DNA of 64,000 bases from Pristiophorus japonicus (Eukaryota): contig NC_091993.1 in NCBI RefSeq assembly GCF_044704955.1, positions 67,022,001 through 67,086,000 of the forward strand, read 5' to 3'. Every line of letters starts with the position of its first letter. Position 1 is the first letter of the stretch. The notes beneath the pieces are model-generated. The model was given only the letters and a program-made list of their open reading frames with translations. It did no database searches and was not told the origin of the DNA. The position numbers were made by a program, and so were the translations under genes. Shown here piece by piece: positions 23,508-35,837 of this stretch.

Positions 23508-26190
23508 CAATAGTTAGGAAGGATATTAGCTTGGATGATGTGGAATCTATATGGGTAGAGCTGCAGAACACCAAAGGGCAAAAAACGTTAGTGGGAGTTG
23601 TGTACAGACCTCCAAACAGTAGTAGTGATGTTGGGGAGGGCATCAAACAGGAAATTAGGGGTGCGTGCAATAAAGGTGCAGCAGTTATAATGGGTGACTT
23701 TAATATGCACATAGATTGGGCTAACCAAACTGGAAGCAATACGGTGGAGGAGGATTTTCTGGAGTGCATAAGGGATGGTTTTTTAGACCAATATGTCGAG
23801 GAACCAACTAGGGGGGAGGCCATCTTAGACTGGGTGTTATGTAATGAGAGAGGATTAATTAGCAATCTCGTTGTGCGAGGCCCCTTGGGGAAGAGTGACC
23901 ATAATATGGTGGAATTCTGCATTGGGATGGAGAATGAAACAGTTAATTCAGAGACCATGGTCCAGAACTTAAAGAAGGCTAACTTTGAAGGTATGAGGCG
24001 TGAATTGGCTGGGATGGATTGGCGAATGATACTTAAGGGGTTGACTGTGGATGGGCAATGGCAGACATTTAGAGACCGCATGGATGAACTACAACAATTG
24101 TACATTCCTGTCTGGCATAAAAATAAAAAAGGGAAGGTGGCTCAACCGTGGCTATCAAGGGAAATCAGGGATAGTATTAAAGCCAAGGAAGTGGCATACA
24201 AATTGGCCAGAAATAGCAGCAAACCTGGGGACTGGGAGAAATTTAGAACTCAGCAGAGGAGGACAAAGGGTTTGATTAGGGCAGGGAAAATGGAGTATGA
24301 GAAGAAGCTTGCAGGGAACATTAAGACGGATTGCAAAAGTTTCTATAGATATGTAAAGAGAAAAAGGTTAGTAAAGACAAACGTAGGTCCCCTGCAGTCA
24401 GAATCAGGGGAAGTCATAACGGGGAACAAAGAAATGGCGGACCAATTGAACAAGTACTTTGGTTCGGTATTCACGAAGGAGGACACGAACAACCTTCCGG
24501 TTATAAAAGGGGTCGGGGGGTCTAGTAAGGAGGAGGAACTGAGGGAAATCCTTATTAGTCGGGAAATTGTGTTGGGGAAATTGATGGGTTTGAAGGCCGA
24601 TAAATCCCCAGGGCCTGATGGACTGCATCCCAGAGTACTTAAGCAGGTGGCCTTGGAAATAGTGGATGCGTTGACAGTCATTTTCCAACATTCCATTGAC
24701 TCTGGATCAGTTCCTATGGAGTGGAGGGTAGCCAATGTAACCCCACTTTTTAAAAAAGGAGGGAGAGAGAAAACAGGGAATTATAGACCGGTCAGCCTGA
24801 CATCGGTAGTGGGTAAAATGATGGAATCAATTATTAAGGATGTCATAGCAGTGCATTTGGAAAGAGGTGACATGATAGGTCCAAGTCAGCATGGATTTGT
24901 GAAAGGGAAATCATGCTTGACAAATCTTCTGGAATTTTTTGAGGATGTTTCCAGTAGAGTGGATAAGGGAGAACCAGTTGATGTGGTATATTTGGACTTT
25001 CAGAAGGCGTTCGACAAGGTCCCACACAAGAGATTGATGTGCAAAGTTAGAGCACATGGGATTGGGGGTAGTGTACTGACATGGATTGAGAACTGGTTGT
25101 CAGACAGGAAGCAAAGAGTAGGAGTAAATGGGTACTTTTCAGAATGGCAGGCAGTGACTAGTGGGGTACCGCAAGGTTCTGTGCTGGGGCCCCAGCTGTT
25201 TACACTGTACATTAATGATTTAGATGAGGGGATTAAATGTAGTATCTCCAAATTTGCGGATGACACTAAGTTGGGTGGCAGTGTGAGCTGCGAGGAGGAT
25301 GCTGTGAGGCTGCAGAGCGACTTGGATAGGTTAGGTGAGTGGGCAAATGCATGGCAGATGAAGTATAATGTGGATAAATGTGAGGTTATCCACTTTGGTG
25401 GTAAAAACAGAGAGACAGACTATTATCTGAATGGTGACAGATTAGGAAAAGGGGAGGTGCAAAGAGACCTGGGTGTCATGGTACATCAGTCATTGAAGGT
25501 TGGCATGCAGGTGCAGCAGGCGGTTAAGAAAGCAAATGGCATGTTGGCCTTCATAGCAAGGGGATTTGAGTACAGGGGCAGGGAGGTGTTGCTACAGTTG
25601 TACAGGGCATTGGTGAGGCCACACCTGGAGTATTGTGTACAGTTTTGGTCTCCTAACCTGAGGAAGGACATTCTTGCTATTGAGGGAGTGCAGCGAAGGT
25701 TCACCAGACTGATTCCCGGGATGGCGGGACTGACCTATCAAGAAAGACTGGATCAACTGGGCTTGTATTCACTGGAGTTCAGAAGAATGAGAGGGGACCT
25801 CAGAGAAAAATTAAAAATGCTGAAGGGGTTAGACAGGTTAGATGCAGGAAGAATGTTCCCAATGTTGGGGAAGTCCAGAACCAGAGGTCACAGTCTAAGG
25901 ATAAGGGGTAAGCCATTTAGGACCGAGATGCGGAGGAACTTCTTCACCCAGAGAGTGGTGAACCTGTGGAATTCTCTACCACAGAAAGTTGTTGAGGCCA
26001 ATTCACTAAATATATTCAAAAAGGAGTTAGATGAGGTCCTTACTACTAGGGGGATCAAGGGGTATGGCGAGAAAGCAGGAATGGGGTACTGAAGTTGAAT
26101 GTTCAGCCATGAACTCATTGAATGGCGGTGCAGGCTAGAAGGGCCGAATGGCCTACTCCTGCACCTATTTTCTATGTTTCTATGTTTCTA
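23508..26190 (+). mobile_element. Young 5'-truncated CR1 LINE with an uninterrupted 853-aa ORF2 remnant (23531-26092: partial APE endonuclease plus RT)
   Basis: YRPP, GDFN, SDH, YRPVSLTS, DFQKAFD, GVPQGSVLGP, FADD; (TTTCTATG)n tail. N-terminus of the endonuclease is missing. Confidence 0.96.
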
Positions 26191-27054
26191 TCAGCCATGA
26201 TCTTATTGAATGGCGGTGCAGGCTCGAAGGGCCAAATGGCCTACTCCTGCACCTATTTTCTATGTTTCTATGTAACAGTGAAGTTTCTGTGTTCAGCTCA
26301 AAATCATAATTATGCCGAGCTCCTGGTGCAAATTTGGATGTGGCAGGGAGCTCACTACCTGTAGTGGCGAAAGAAAAAAATTGCATGAAGGTGAAGGTGA
26401 ATTTAAAGGGATGCAGAGAATTAAAAGGAAGTGTCGGAATAATAGGACAAAAGTCTTAGCAGTTTAAGGAAAGGCTAAAAAGCCTTTTCAATCCATTGAA
26501 GCTTTTGCCACATATGAAGGGAGAGAGTGACAGACTAAATTTGAAGGAAACACAATGTGCAGGCACAAGTCCCATGGTAAATGACACAGCAGCCTAGCAC
26601 CTGTTTGATTCCTGCTGAAGTAGAGCTGGAGCTGCATGAGATGGTTGCAAACACAGTGGCTCTGTTTACCATGGCATGGCACCATCCCCATAGGGCAATT
26701 TTGCAGCATACCTGAAAGGAGACAGATGTAGGTTTGAGACCTCAGCTGAACAGTACTGTCACTAGCTATGTCAGCACTAAATTGCATGTGACCAGTACAT
26801 GTTTTGGAAGCAGCTAGTACAGTACTACATCTGGCTCTTAGTTGATCCAGACCATGAAGACAACTCCCCACATTCTTTGCATGCTAAGTGAATGCAAGCG
26901 TAGTTTGTGGCATCTTGGCAAATATGCCCAGTTAGGCTATGTTAATCACCCGAGAAGCTTTCCTTCATGCATTACTACATAAAGCATGTCATACTGTACA
27001 GTGGAGTGCTACTGAGGGATCATTCAGTTTTACGATTAGAGCTTTAAACATCAT

Positions 27055-30000
27055 GGGGACAAAATTGCTTCCGCCTGGCGTTAACGGAACGGTAATGAGT
27101 TAGCGCGCGGGCGCGGTGGTCACAACAAGCCATACAGAATAGCCCACCTCTTTGCTGATGGTGCAACGGCTTAACGTGACGCTCCGGCATTGCTCATGCC
27201 ACTCCTTTGCGCATGGCGATGATTACATCATCACCGTGCGCATCGCCTCGTGACCGCCCCGGAAGTTAAATTGCCCCGCGCCCCTCTACCTAGCGATTGC
27301 CGATGCCACGACAGCTTTTGCTGTCGATTTCAAGTCGGGAAGCTGCAGCGCTAGTGATATTTTTTTTTGTCGGCCACATTATTTTCCAGCTTGTAGCTAT
27401 TTTGTTTCTTCAATGTGCCACCGCCATCATTAATTGCTGGGCCTCAGTTTACTTTGCCTCCAATCACTCCCTCTGGTTTAGTCAGGTCCATTTGGACACT
27501 ACAAGATTCTTTGGCAAGCATGGGCTCAGTGTTGGCAGTGGACTGCCTCCTCTGACTTCATCATCAGATAATGGTTCGCAGAAGGCAACAGCGCCGTGAA
27601 TTAGCAAAGCAGAAGCATCGGGAGAGTGAAAGAGAAAGGCTCCCACTGGGAGAGGAACTTGCACTGGGAGAGGCCAATACACCGAGGATCAGGGAGAGGA
27701 ATAGGGAGAGGTACAGACACAGGCAGGGGGAGAGGGACAAGGAGAGACAAAGGGAACAAGAGCAGCAGGCAGAGGCACACCAACAGGAGAATATAGAGGG
27801 ACAGGAACAGCAGAACCAACATGAAGAGGTCCACGAGGATGTGGACAGAGGAAGACGCATACACAGATGTGGCAACAGAAGGCCGTATGTAACCAGGGTC
27901 TTTCGGCAACAGTTTTCCTATGTTCACTTCACTGAGGAGCAGTGTGTCAGAAGGCTGCGATTTAGGAAAGAGATCGTGACAGAGTTGTATCATCTGCTGC
28001 AGCCAGACCTTGAGCCTCATACAAGGGTGAGGATGACTCTTTCAGTGGCAGTGAAGGTCCACCATCACTCTCAATTTCTATGCCATTGGACCTGTCCAGG
28101 GAGCCACAGCAGACATCTCAACCATCTCCCAGTTTGCCGACCATTGCTCCATTCCATGATATCACAGATGCTCTCTACAAAAGGAGGATGGAATATATCT
28201 CATTTACCATGACCAGACAGAAGCAGCTGCAGCAGTCAACTGGCTTTGTGATGATAGCGGGCTTCTCCATGGTGTAGGGTGCCATAGACTGCACACACGT
28301 CGCCTTGTGGGCTCCGCACCGCAATCCTGAGATCTTTCAAAACCAAAAAGGATACCACTCACTCAATATACAGTTGGTGTACAACCACACATGCACAATA
28401 ATGGCTGTTAATGTCCGCTATCCTGGCAGCAGCCACGATGCCATCATCCTGTGCCAGCTCTGTTCCAGCCACCTAATGCAGCTCGTGGCTGGCCCCTCAG
28501 AGACAAGGCTACCCACTATGCACCTGGCTCATGACTCCCCTCCACAACTCCACCCCTCCTGCCCAGCACTCTTACAATGACAGGAGCATCACTGAGCAGA
28601 CCATCGGAGTGCTGAAGCAACGGTTCTTCTGCCTTGACTGCTCAGGAGGAGTCCTACAGTACTCGCCTGGCCGGGTGTCCCTGTTCATTGTCGTTTGCTG
28701 CATGCTTCACATCCAGGCAATCAAGAGGGCACCACCATTGCCCGAAGACATAGTCGTTGCACCTCAGGAGGAGAACGAGCAGCAGGAACAGGAGGAGAAG
28801 GACCTGTAGGAGGAGAAAGGAGCTGCAAGAGGATGCGCCAACACCGTCCTGATCCTGCAAGGGAGGTCCAAGACCGCCTCATAAGATCTCGGTTTCAATA
28901 AGGTTCTCGCAACTTACCGCTTCCTTTGTGCCTCGCATACACACATCAATGAATCCTTCCTTCCATACCACATGCCCAATAGTGAAATGAGAGACAAGAC
29001 CAAAAAGTAAAGATGAAAATCAACATTTACGTGTAAAAAGTGCAAAATTAACATAAGATATATCATTCACCCTTGTGCATCTCCTTAACCCCTTTTACAT
29101 AAACCTACTCTACTAGTACGCCGCAGTGTGTCCACTGTGACTGCAACATGGCTGGTGGAAGGCTGCTGTGTCAGAGCCAGACACCACAGATAGCCTTCTA
29201 GGACACCCTCGACTTGTTCTGGGCCTGGAAAGCCAAGCTGCCGATTGAAGCAGCTCAGGCAGCCTGGGCTGCCTGGGTGACAGCCATGGATAGTTGCAAT
29301 GACGGAATGGCAGTGGTGGGATCAGAAATGCTGTTATCCTGAGAGAGGACAGCAGGTTCCTGCTCCACTGACCCAGTGCCACTCCCCTGGGGCAGCACCT
29401 CAGCCTCCGCACCAATCTGATGGAGAACAAATTGCTGGGCTGCTGCGGCACCGTGTGATCCCCGGAGGACTATGATGGATCCAGCGGCGATGGCAGCAGT
29501 CAGGGTATGCATGGCAAGCAGCTGAGACTGTACAACATCACCAAGATGTTGCGCGGCATCATGCTGAGACTGCATGAGAGCAGTCTGAGCATCCAGGCAA
29601 GCAACCAATGACTATTGCAGCACCAAGATGTTGCGTTGCTTTCACCTGTGCCCCAATAGAAGCTGCCACATCGCCCATGAGAAGCCTCATGAGGTCTGGA
29701 TCTGCACGGTCCGTCTGGGAGTCCACCATCGTCTGCACACTGGCAATGATGGGCTCCGTGGTGTGCGGGGAGCTGTCTACAATGTGGGAGATGGACTCTT
29801 CCACACTGCTTACCACTTGCGACAGGCTTTTGGGAACCCTTGCCATTGCCTCTATCATGTCGGAGTGCAAGGCCATTACCCTTTCTTCAAACAACTCCCC
29901 ACGACGTCCTTATATGAGTCCTGTGGAGTAGAACTCGCACACAAACTCACTCTGAGGGGAGATGGCTCCCGAGCTTGCCTTACCCCTTGACCCTGCTGCA

Positions 30001-31304
30001 GCCTACTAGACCCTGGTACATCAACCTGTGCAGATCCCTCTCCTAACCTGAACTCCGATGACTGTGTACTCCTAGTATCTGAGCTGGTGCATGTGAGAAG
30101 CAGTGACAAGATGCTTGCATCGTCCTCCTCCCCCATTTCTTATCCTTGCAGACTGAGTTGCAGGGGCTCAAGGCACAGGCTGGGCCGTGGTCGGGGCATT
30201 ATCTGAAAACACAAATGGCACAAGAGTTGTGTTAATGTGAGGGAAGGGCAGGCATGCAGGAAGAAAGATAGTCAGAATGTGGAGCGGCTAAATGATAAGG
30301 GCTTCTGCATTAAATGGAAGGTGGATGAGAGGAAGGCTTTCACTTACTAATGTTGACCCCAGTGGGCTTGGCAGTCCCCACTCTCATAGGGATGGCCACC
30401 TGTAGGCCCATAAGGAGAAGTACTTGCTTCTTGAGGTCTGTGAGCAACTGCAGTTCAGACTCCCCACTCCTATTTGCTGCTGCTGCAGCCTGTTATGTGC
30501 CATCTGGGCCTGCAAAAGAAAGGAAGCTTGGTGAGTAACAGTGCAATTATATATGTGGAAGAAATGCATGGGCAGCTTAAGCAGCTGTGATTCTAATCAA
30601 AGCATCAAATGAGACAATAGCTGTGAGTAGGCACACAGCCTGAGTTAAATGCTGGTGTGCTGATTCTGCACAGAGGCTGACTTGTAAGAGTTGTGGGAAT
30701 AGACAGAGGCTCACAGGTTCATAGGTAAGAGTTGGAGGACCAGACGAGTGAGGTCGCAGAACTTCCTGCGACATTGTGTGGGTGTGCAGTTAATGATGGA
30801 GGTGCCCAACACCTTGGCAGCCACCTCTACCCAGATAGCTCTAGAAGCTGTGGAACAGACCTCCCAGCTGGAGGGAAAATGATGCGCCTCCTATCCTCTA
30901 TTCCCCCCCCCCCCAGTGTCTCCAATTCAGCATCTGAGAAACAGCTGGCCCTTGTGCTGCCTGTCCCAGCTGCCACGATAGCCCTCACTCTGCTAGTCAA
31001 CTGTGAAGAACAAGAGAATCAGCAGAACAAACCTGCAAGGCATCTCCTTTAAGAAGCCCAATGACCAGGTGACTTGTTATGAGTGAATGAAACTCACCTA
31101 AAATTGGCTGCACATTTTCACCACCGCCTCTGCAGCACCGCTCCAGCGCCATGCAGAGGCCATTTAGTGCTCCAACAACGCAGCTCTACTATTTGGGAAA
31201 CAAAGTGCCGAATTTACACCCATTCCGCCCATCTCGGCCGGCATTAAGTTTTCACTTCATCCAAATTATGTGCCCCAAACCCAGCATGGGGCACTTTCGG
31301 CCTC
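27055..31304 (-). mobile_element. PIF/Harbinger family A copy 2, inverted relative to 13057-17014: transposase (+, about 27520-28901), Myb-like gene (-, about 30980-29065)
   Basis: TIRs ggggacaaaattgc / gcactttcggcctc; flanks CAT/CAA. GAIDCTH, KGYHSLNIQ, YPGSSHDA, EQTIGVLKQRF, CCMLH motifs with stops and frameshifts. Confidence 0.92.
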
Positions 31305-31309
31305 CAAAT

Positions 31310-32060
31310 TTGTGATAGCCACACCCCAAAAATACAGCCAGAATCAGCTCAATTCCAGAAGCAAGTTGCCATAAGAGAATGGGTACCTCAGTCCCATAAG
31401 CTTTTTGTACCAGAGGAGCAGCTCTTGTGATACTGGTACACCTTGTCACTTACAATTGACATGATTTTCTTCCTTGAAGAGCTCAGGTGAATTATGAAGG
31501 ACAAATGCATCATGGCAAATCCCCCAAAAATATTGCGTTGACATTCTTTGCATGTTGTCACATACAATCTGGACACTGAACGAGTGGTAGCACTTTCTGT
31601 TCAGTAAATTGAGGAACTTGACCATGGGAGCTTGCAAAGCAACATGGGTGCCATCTATTTCACCCTGCCAGTAACCCTATGAAATGTAGCTCTATTTCAC
31701 TGCTGCTTTACGCTGATTGCAAATTGGCTAATTCCCCAGCTCTATCAAAAAGTGTGCTAGTCACCTGATGAATACGTGCATCCTGGGTGATACTGCACAG
31801 AACCCCATGACTGCTTGAAAGGACCTGGTGCCATAAAATTTGGATATGGTTGTAACTTTCGTAGAAACAGATAGAGATGTACAGGCAGATGACAATGGGT
31901 GCAGATTGTTATGTAGTGACTGGCATAGCTCTTGTATTGCTTACTTGTTAAATCACATGCTTCCAACATAAAGTTCCTTGCTGAGCACCTCATAGGAGTA
32001 GTGTTGCCTGGGTATTTTCTAGGGTTGAGGTTAATATCTTGAAAGATGCATCCTCCTCAA
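31310..32060 (-). pseudogene. Ancient Harbinger transposase remnant
   Basis: Decayed motifs RQHYSYEVLS, IDGTHVALQAP, NRKCYHS, HDAFVL in minus-strand frames. Confidence 0.6.
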
Positions 32061-32353
32061 ATGTTGCTTCATCGTCCTTTCCTCCATCCTTTCCTGCTCC
32101 TCCTCCTCGTCCATTATTAGGACAAACAAAGGTATGTCCATTGGGAATTTGGTATTTGCTCCTCAGAAATTCTCATGTCGTGGTATGGCAAGATATCTGG
32201 GTGTGGTGGGATTCCACAGGTAGTCAGAAGCAAGTCCAACACTTTCCAGGCTCAAGTCAAAAAAGTAAAAAAAAAACCTCATTCCCAGCTCCTGTAGACC
32301 CCAAATTTCCCCAGCCGCTTAGAACGGCATAGTTAGATGTGGTGCGCCGAATT

Positions 32354-32573
32354 GTGAAATGTTTGTAGTGTCCCCCAGATCGGGGGCACTTGATCCAATT
32401 GTTTGTTTTGTTTACTCAAAAAGAGTTGTGGAGCTGTTGCCCCCCAAAAAGATCACAAAAAAACCCCACACAAAAAAAAAAACCAAAAAAGAGGGCAGTT
32501 AAAAGTGTCTGGAGTGTCCCCCAGATCAGGGGGCACTTGATTTAATGTTTATTTTGTCTCCCTCAAAAAGAGT
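32354..32573 (+). mobile_element. Two tandem Tx1-like 3' UTR ends within a 16-bp TSD
   Basis: TSD tgtggtgcgccgaatt at 32338-32353 and 32574-32589; both units end aaaaagagt; homologous to about 17320-17441. Confidence 0.75.
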
Positions 32574-34387
32574 TGTGGTGCGCCGAATTCATGGGGTTAA
32601 AAACGCGGCGAAAACTTACCGGGATAATTTGGCCATTCCTGGATCCCTGTGGTCCCGTGGCTGAGAAACCTGCGGGGCGCGGAGCTTGTGCCGCGCTTGT
32701 TCAGCGCAGCTGGCCGGGGGGCGGGGCTTGAGCCCGGCGTCCTCGAGTGCCAGCAGGGGGACGCATGACCATTTGTGTGTGCGCGCATGCGCAATGCACG
32801 TTAAAGCGTGCTCGCATGCACAATGGGGCAGGAACCTTGGCACACGGCCATTTAAAGTGAGAGCTTCCTCAGTGCCTCAGCTGCATTGGCAGTGGACCAT
32901 ATTAGAAGGTAAGGTGTGAATTGTGATTTTTGGGTGGCTGAGGGAGTGGAAAGGAGTGCTGCACTGATGCATGAAAGGTGAGAACTGTGTGTTTTCAAGA
33001 TCACCTGAGCGTAAATCCATTACACCTATGATGCAAGAGCGTGCAACAAGGATGAAGAACTTCTTGCATGAGGAGGTGGAGAAACTAGTCACTGTCATTG
33101 AGGACAGATAGCAGGAGCTGGATATTAGTAAGAGTGGTCCCACAAAAGTCCCACCCAAAGAAATGAGGAGACGCTGGAACCTAGTTGCAGAAGAATTCTC
33201 CGCAGGGGTGAAGACCGCAAGAACTGGAAGCCAGTGTAAAAAGAAATGGCAGGACGTTAGCCAAGTAGTGTGTGTAAGTATTATCTTGAGTTTTAAATGG
33301 AATTGCAATTGTTACTGTGATCATCTGTACATGCCCCATCCATCAGAAGCTCACCATGTGGCAAAAATTATATTTTCATCTTTGCAGAAGAAATTGGTCC
33401 ACAACAAAAGGGAGAGAACTAGAACAGGAGGAGGGCGGCCAAATCTGCACCAACTATCACCACTGGAACAGAGGGTCGTTGCCTTGCTGAGTCACACCTG
33501 CAGAAAAAGAATCAGCTCTACACAAGCTGGGCCCACACGCGAGGGTAAGGTTCAATCGTCGCCCTCCAAATCAACCTGCTGACTGGCCTGCTATGTGTGA
33601 GACTACTCATTCCACCAATCCTGTCCCCACTTTCCTGCTAACCATTTGACTGATCTGTTGTATTTTGCAGAAGAAGAAGATAATCCTGAACATCCAGAAG
33701 ATCAACAAGAAGATCCAGATGTGTCTGCTCAAAGCCAAGGCAGGTGGGGGGGAAGAGGGGTCCATGGATCTGTGTTCACAGGAGAATGCTGATCGTGATA
33801 TGGATCAGTCCATGGTAAGGGCATCACTTTGCCAGACACCTCCATGAGCTCTGCCACAACATTCTTTGGTTTCACATCTTCCAAGGTTGCGGGTCCCAGT
33901 GGCGGTGGTGGAATGCAGGTTGGAACACTCAGGGCCCCATCGTCCCAGCCTGCGCCTCGTACTGGAGGGGTGCCACTATGCAGACCCACGGCGAGGGGAA
34001 AGAGAAGCCGACCAGTCTCTCCTGAGATGCAGCCTTCATCAGATGTACATCAAGTCATGTCATTGGGTGAGGAGATCAATGCCCTTACCCGATCACTTGT
34101 GGCCACCGTCAGTGGGGTGCGTGATGAGGTTTCGACACTGTCGGGAGAAATATCAGCACTGAGATGGGAACTGAGGGTGGGCATGTCAGAGGGAGTGCAA
34201 ATGATGGCAGAGGCCATGAGGGCTGCAACACAGACCTGACAATCAAATGCCACTCCCACTGCAATCCCCACACCAGCCTCTGTTGAGATCCAAGCCGGGC
34301 CCCCAGGCCCCTCCCACCATCACCGCCCCTATGAGGAAGTGCACATTTCCTGATATGTGGTGAGAGATGGGTGCAGCCTTTCTTTGC

Positions 34388-34413
34388 TGTTGTTGTTGTT
34401 GTTGTTGTTGTTG
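34388..34413. repeat. (TGT)n microsatellite
   Basis: About 8-9 perfect trinucleotide units. Confidence 0.9.
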
Positions 34414-35305
34414 AAGTGCATTGTAAACTTTCCAATAAAAGATTTTTTGCATTAAAACTGAATCATGTTCCACTATCACCACACAACATTTAGGAACAAC
34501 TGTAAAAAAAATATCCCTCACCCCTAGTCATGCGTGCCTGCCGCCCCTAGCCCAGGCTGAAGGGCTAGCTGGTGCGTTCTGCAATCGGCAAGGCAGGATT
34601 GCTCTATTTTCAGTAGCTGATTTATCTTTCATTTATGCTGAAGTTGTGCTGAAGTTGTTTTGATGTTGTGCTGATGCTGTGAAGGTGTTTAGAATAGTGC
34701 TTTAGAATCCTCTAACTCACCTTCCCCCCCACTAACTCTGGCTATCTACGCTGATTTCTTAAATGTAGGTAAAGTTTTTCTGTGCCGACAAAAGTGGCCA
34801 CATACACTGGCCTATGTTAGTTTGGAGTAACCTTTAGCTGGCCAAATTTGCTTCTATGGCCAAAACAGGCATAAGTGGCTGGTCACGCCCCCTTTTGAAG
34901 AAAGAAAATTAAGCTGAAAAAAAACCTAACAAACTGACTTACACTGGAGCAAGTTAAATGAGGAAATTTGCAATTTTTAAGTTACTCCAAGAAAAGCTAC
35001 TTGCTCCAAAAAAAAGCGGGGCAACTCCTGGGGAAATTTGAGCCCGTAATCAGTTGTCAAACTTTCAGCAGGCTTCAGTCACAAAATTTCCTAATATTAG
35101 AGTATCAGCTGATATTACAGTCTCAGTCTCAGTGCCTTATAGTTCCCATTATAAATTATCTTTAGTGCATTGCCAGCATAGATTCTGGGAATTCAGGGCA
35201 CCAGTGCCACTTACCTTAAGTTAAATATATTTAAATCAGCTACACTGAGACTCGACAGGCAAATCATGGGAAAGGCCTAATTGTGATTGTGAGCTTAGGC
35301 ACAAT

Positions 35306-35837
35306 GGGCCGTAATTTGTACAAGGTACGCACGCGCCCATAGGGGTCATGCAAGTTCCAGGTTTAGGGATGCACTGCGCATGTGCTAAAACCTGGAACTT
35401 GCAATCTGTCAAGAATTCTTTGGGCAGATCCAACACATTCCCGAGAAAAGGGCATCCGCGGGCGGAGAGCAGCGTAAAGCCTGCTTTAACCAGCGTAAGA
35501 CTTTTAAAAAACAGAATAATAACATTTTATCAATAATTTATACATTTAAAGATCTATGAAATAAGGTAAATTTATTTCTAGCCCCTTTAAAACATGTAAA
35601 TTTATTTTTCAAAAAATAAAATTTTTGTTTTAAATATTTAATTAAATGCTGTTTTAATTAATTGTAAATATATGATTTTTTAACATTTTATTTGAAGTAT
35701 AGAAGAATTTAAGCATGAATGGGGATCCCCTTCTATCATTCGTTGGGCCAGCCCACATGATCCCAGGGGTGTGAGCACATTTTTTGCTGATCGGAGGCAT
35801 TTCCCCGAGGGAAGCCTCTGACCGCAAATTCTGGGCC
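35306..35837. mobile_element. Tourist/Harbinger-type MITE
   Basis: Imperfect TIRs gggccgtaatttg / caaattctgggcc; 3-bp TSD AAT; very AT-rich non-coding core. Confidence 0.65.

Larger units (their letters stand above)
32297..35045 (+). mobile_element. Harbinger-derived element with a three-exon Myb/SANT-like gene only (no transposase)
   Basis: TIRs gaccccaaatttccccag / ctggggaaatttgagccc; perfect 3-bp TSD GTA. Exons 33031-33273, 33388-33544, 33671 to about 34350 with GT-AG introns; RRWNLVAEEF..QCKKKWQD. Stop at 33109 and a frameshift in exon 3. Confidence 0.88.

Noticed and set aside
23531-26092. Autonomous active LINE or domesticated RT gene
   Set aside because: 5'-truncated within the endonuclease, with no ORF1 or promoter and a TTG start. 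It is a young dead-on-arrival copy.
26103-26272. Tandem duplication of the CR1 3' tail
   Set aside because: The units differ, and the second joins with 23455-23507, so nested insertion explains it better.
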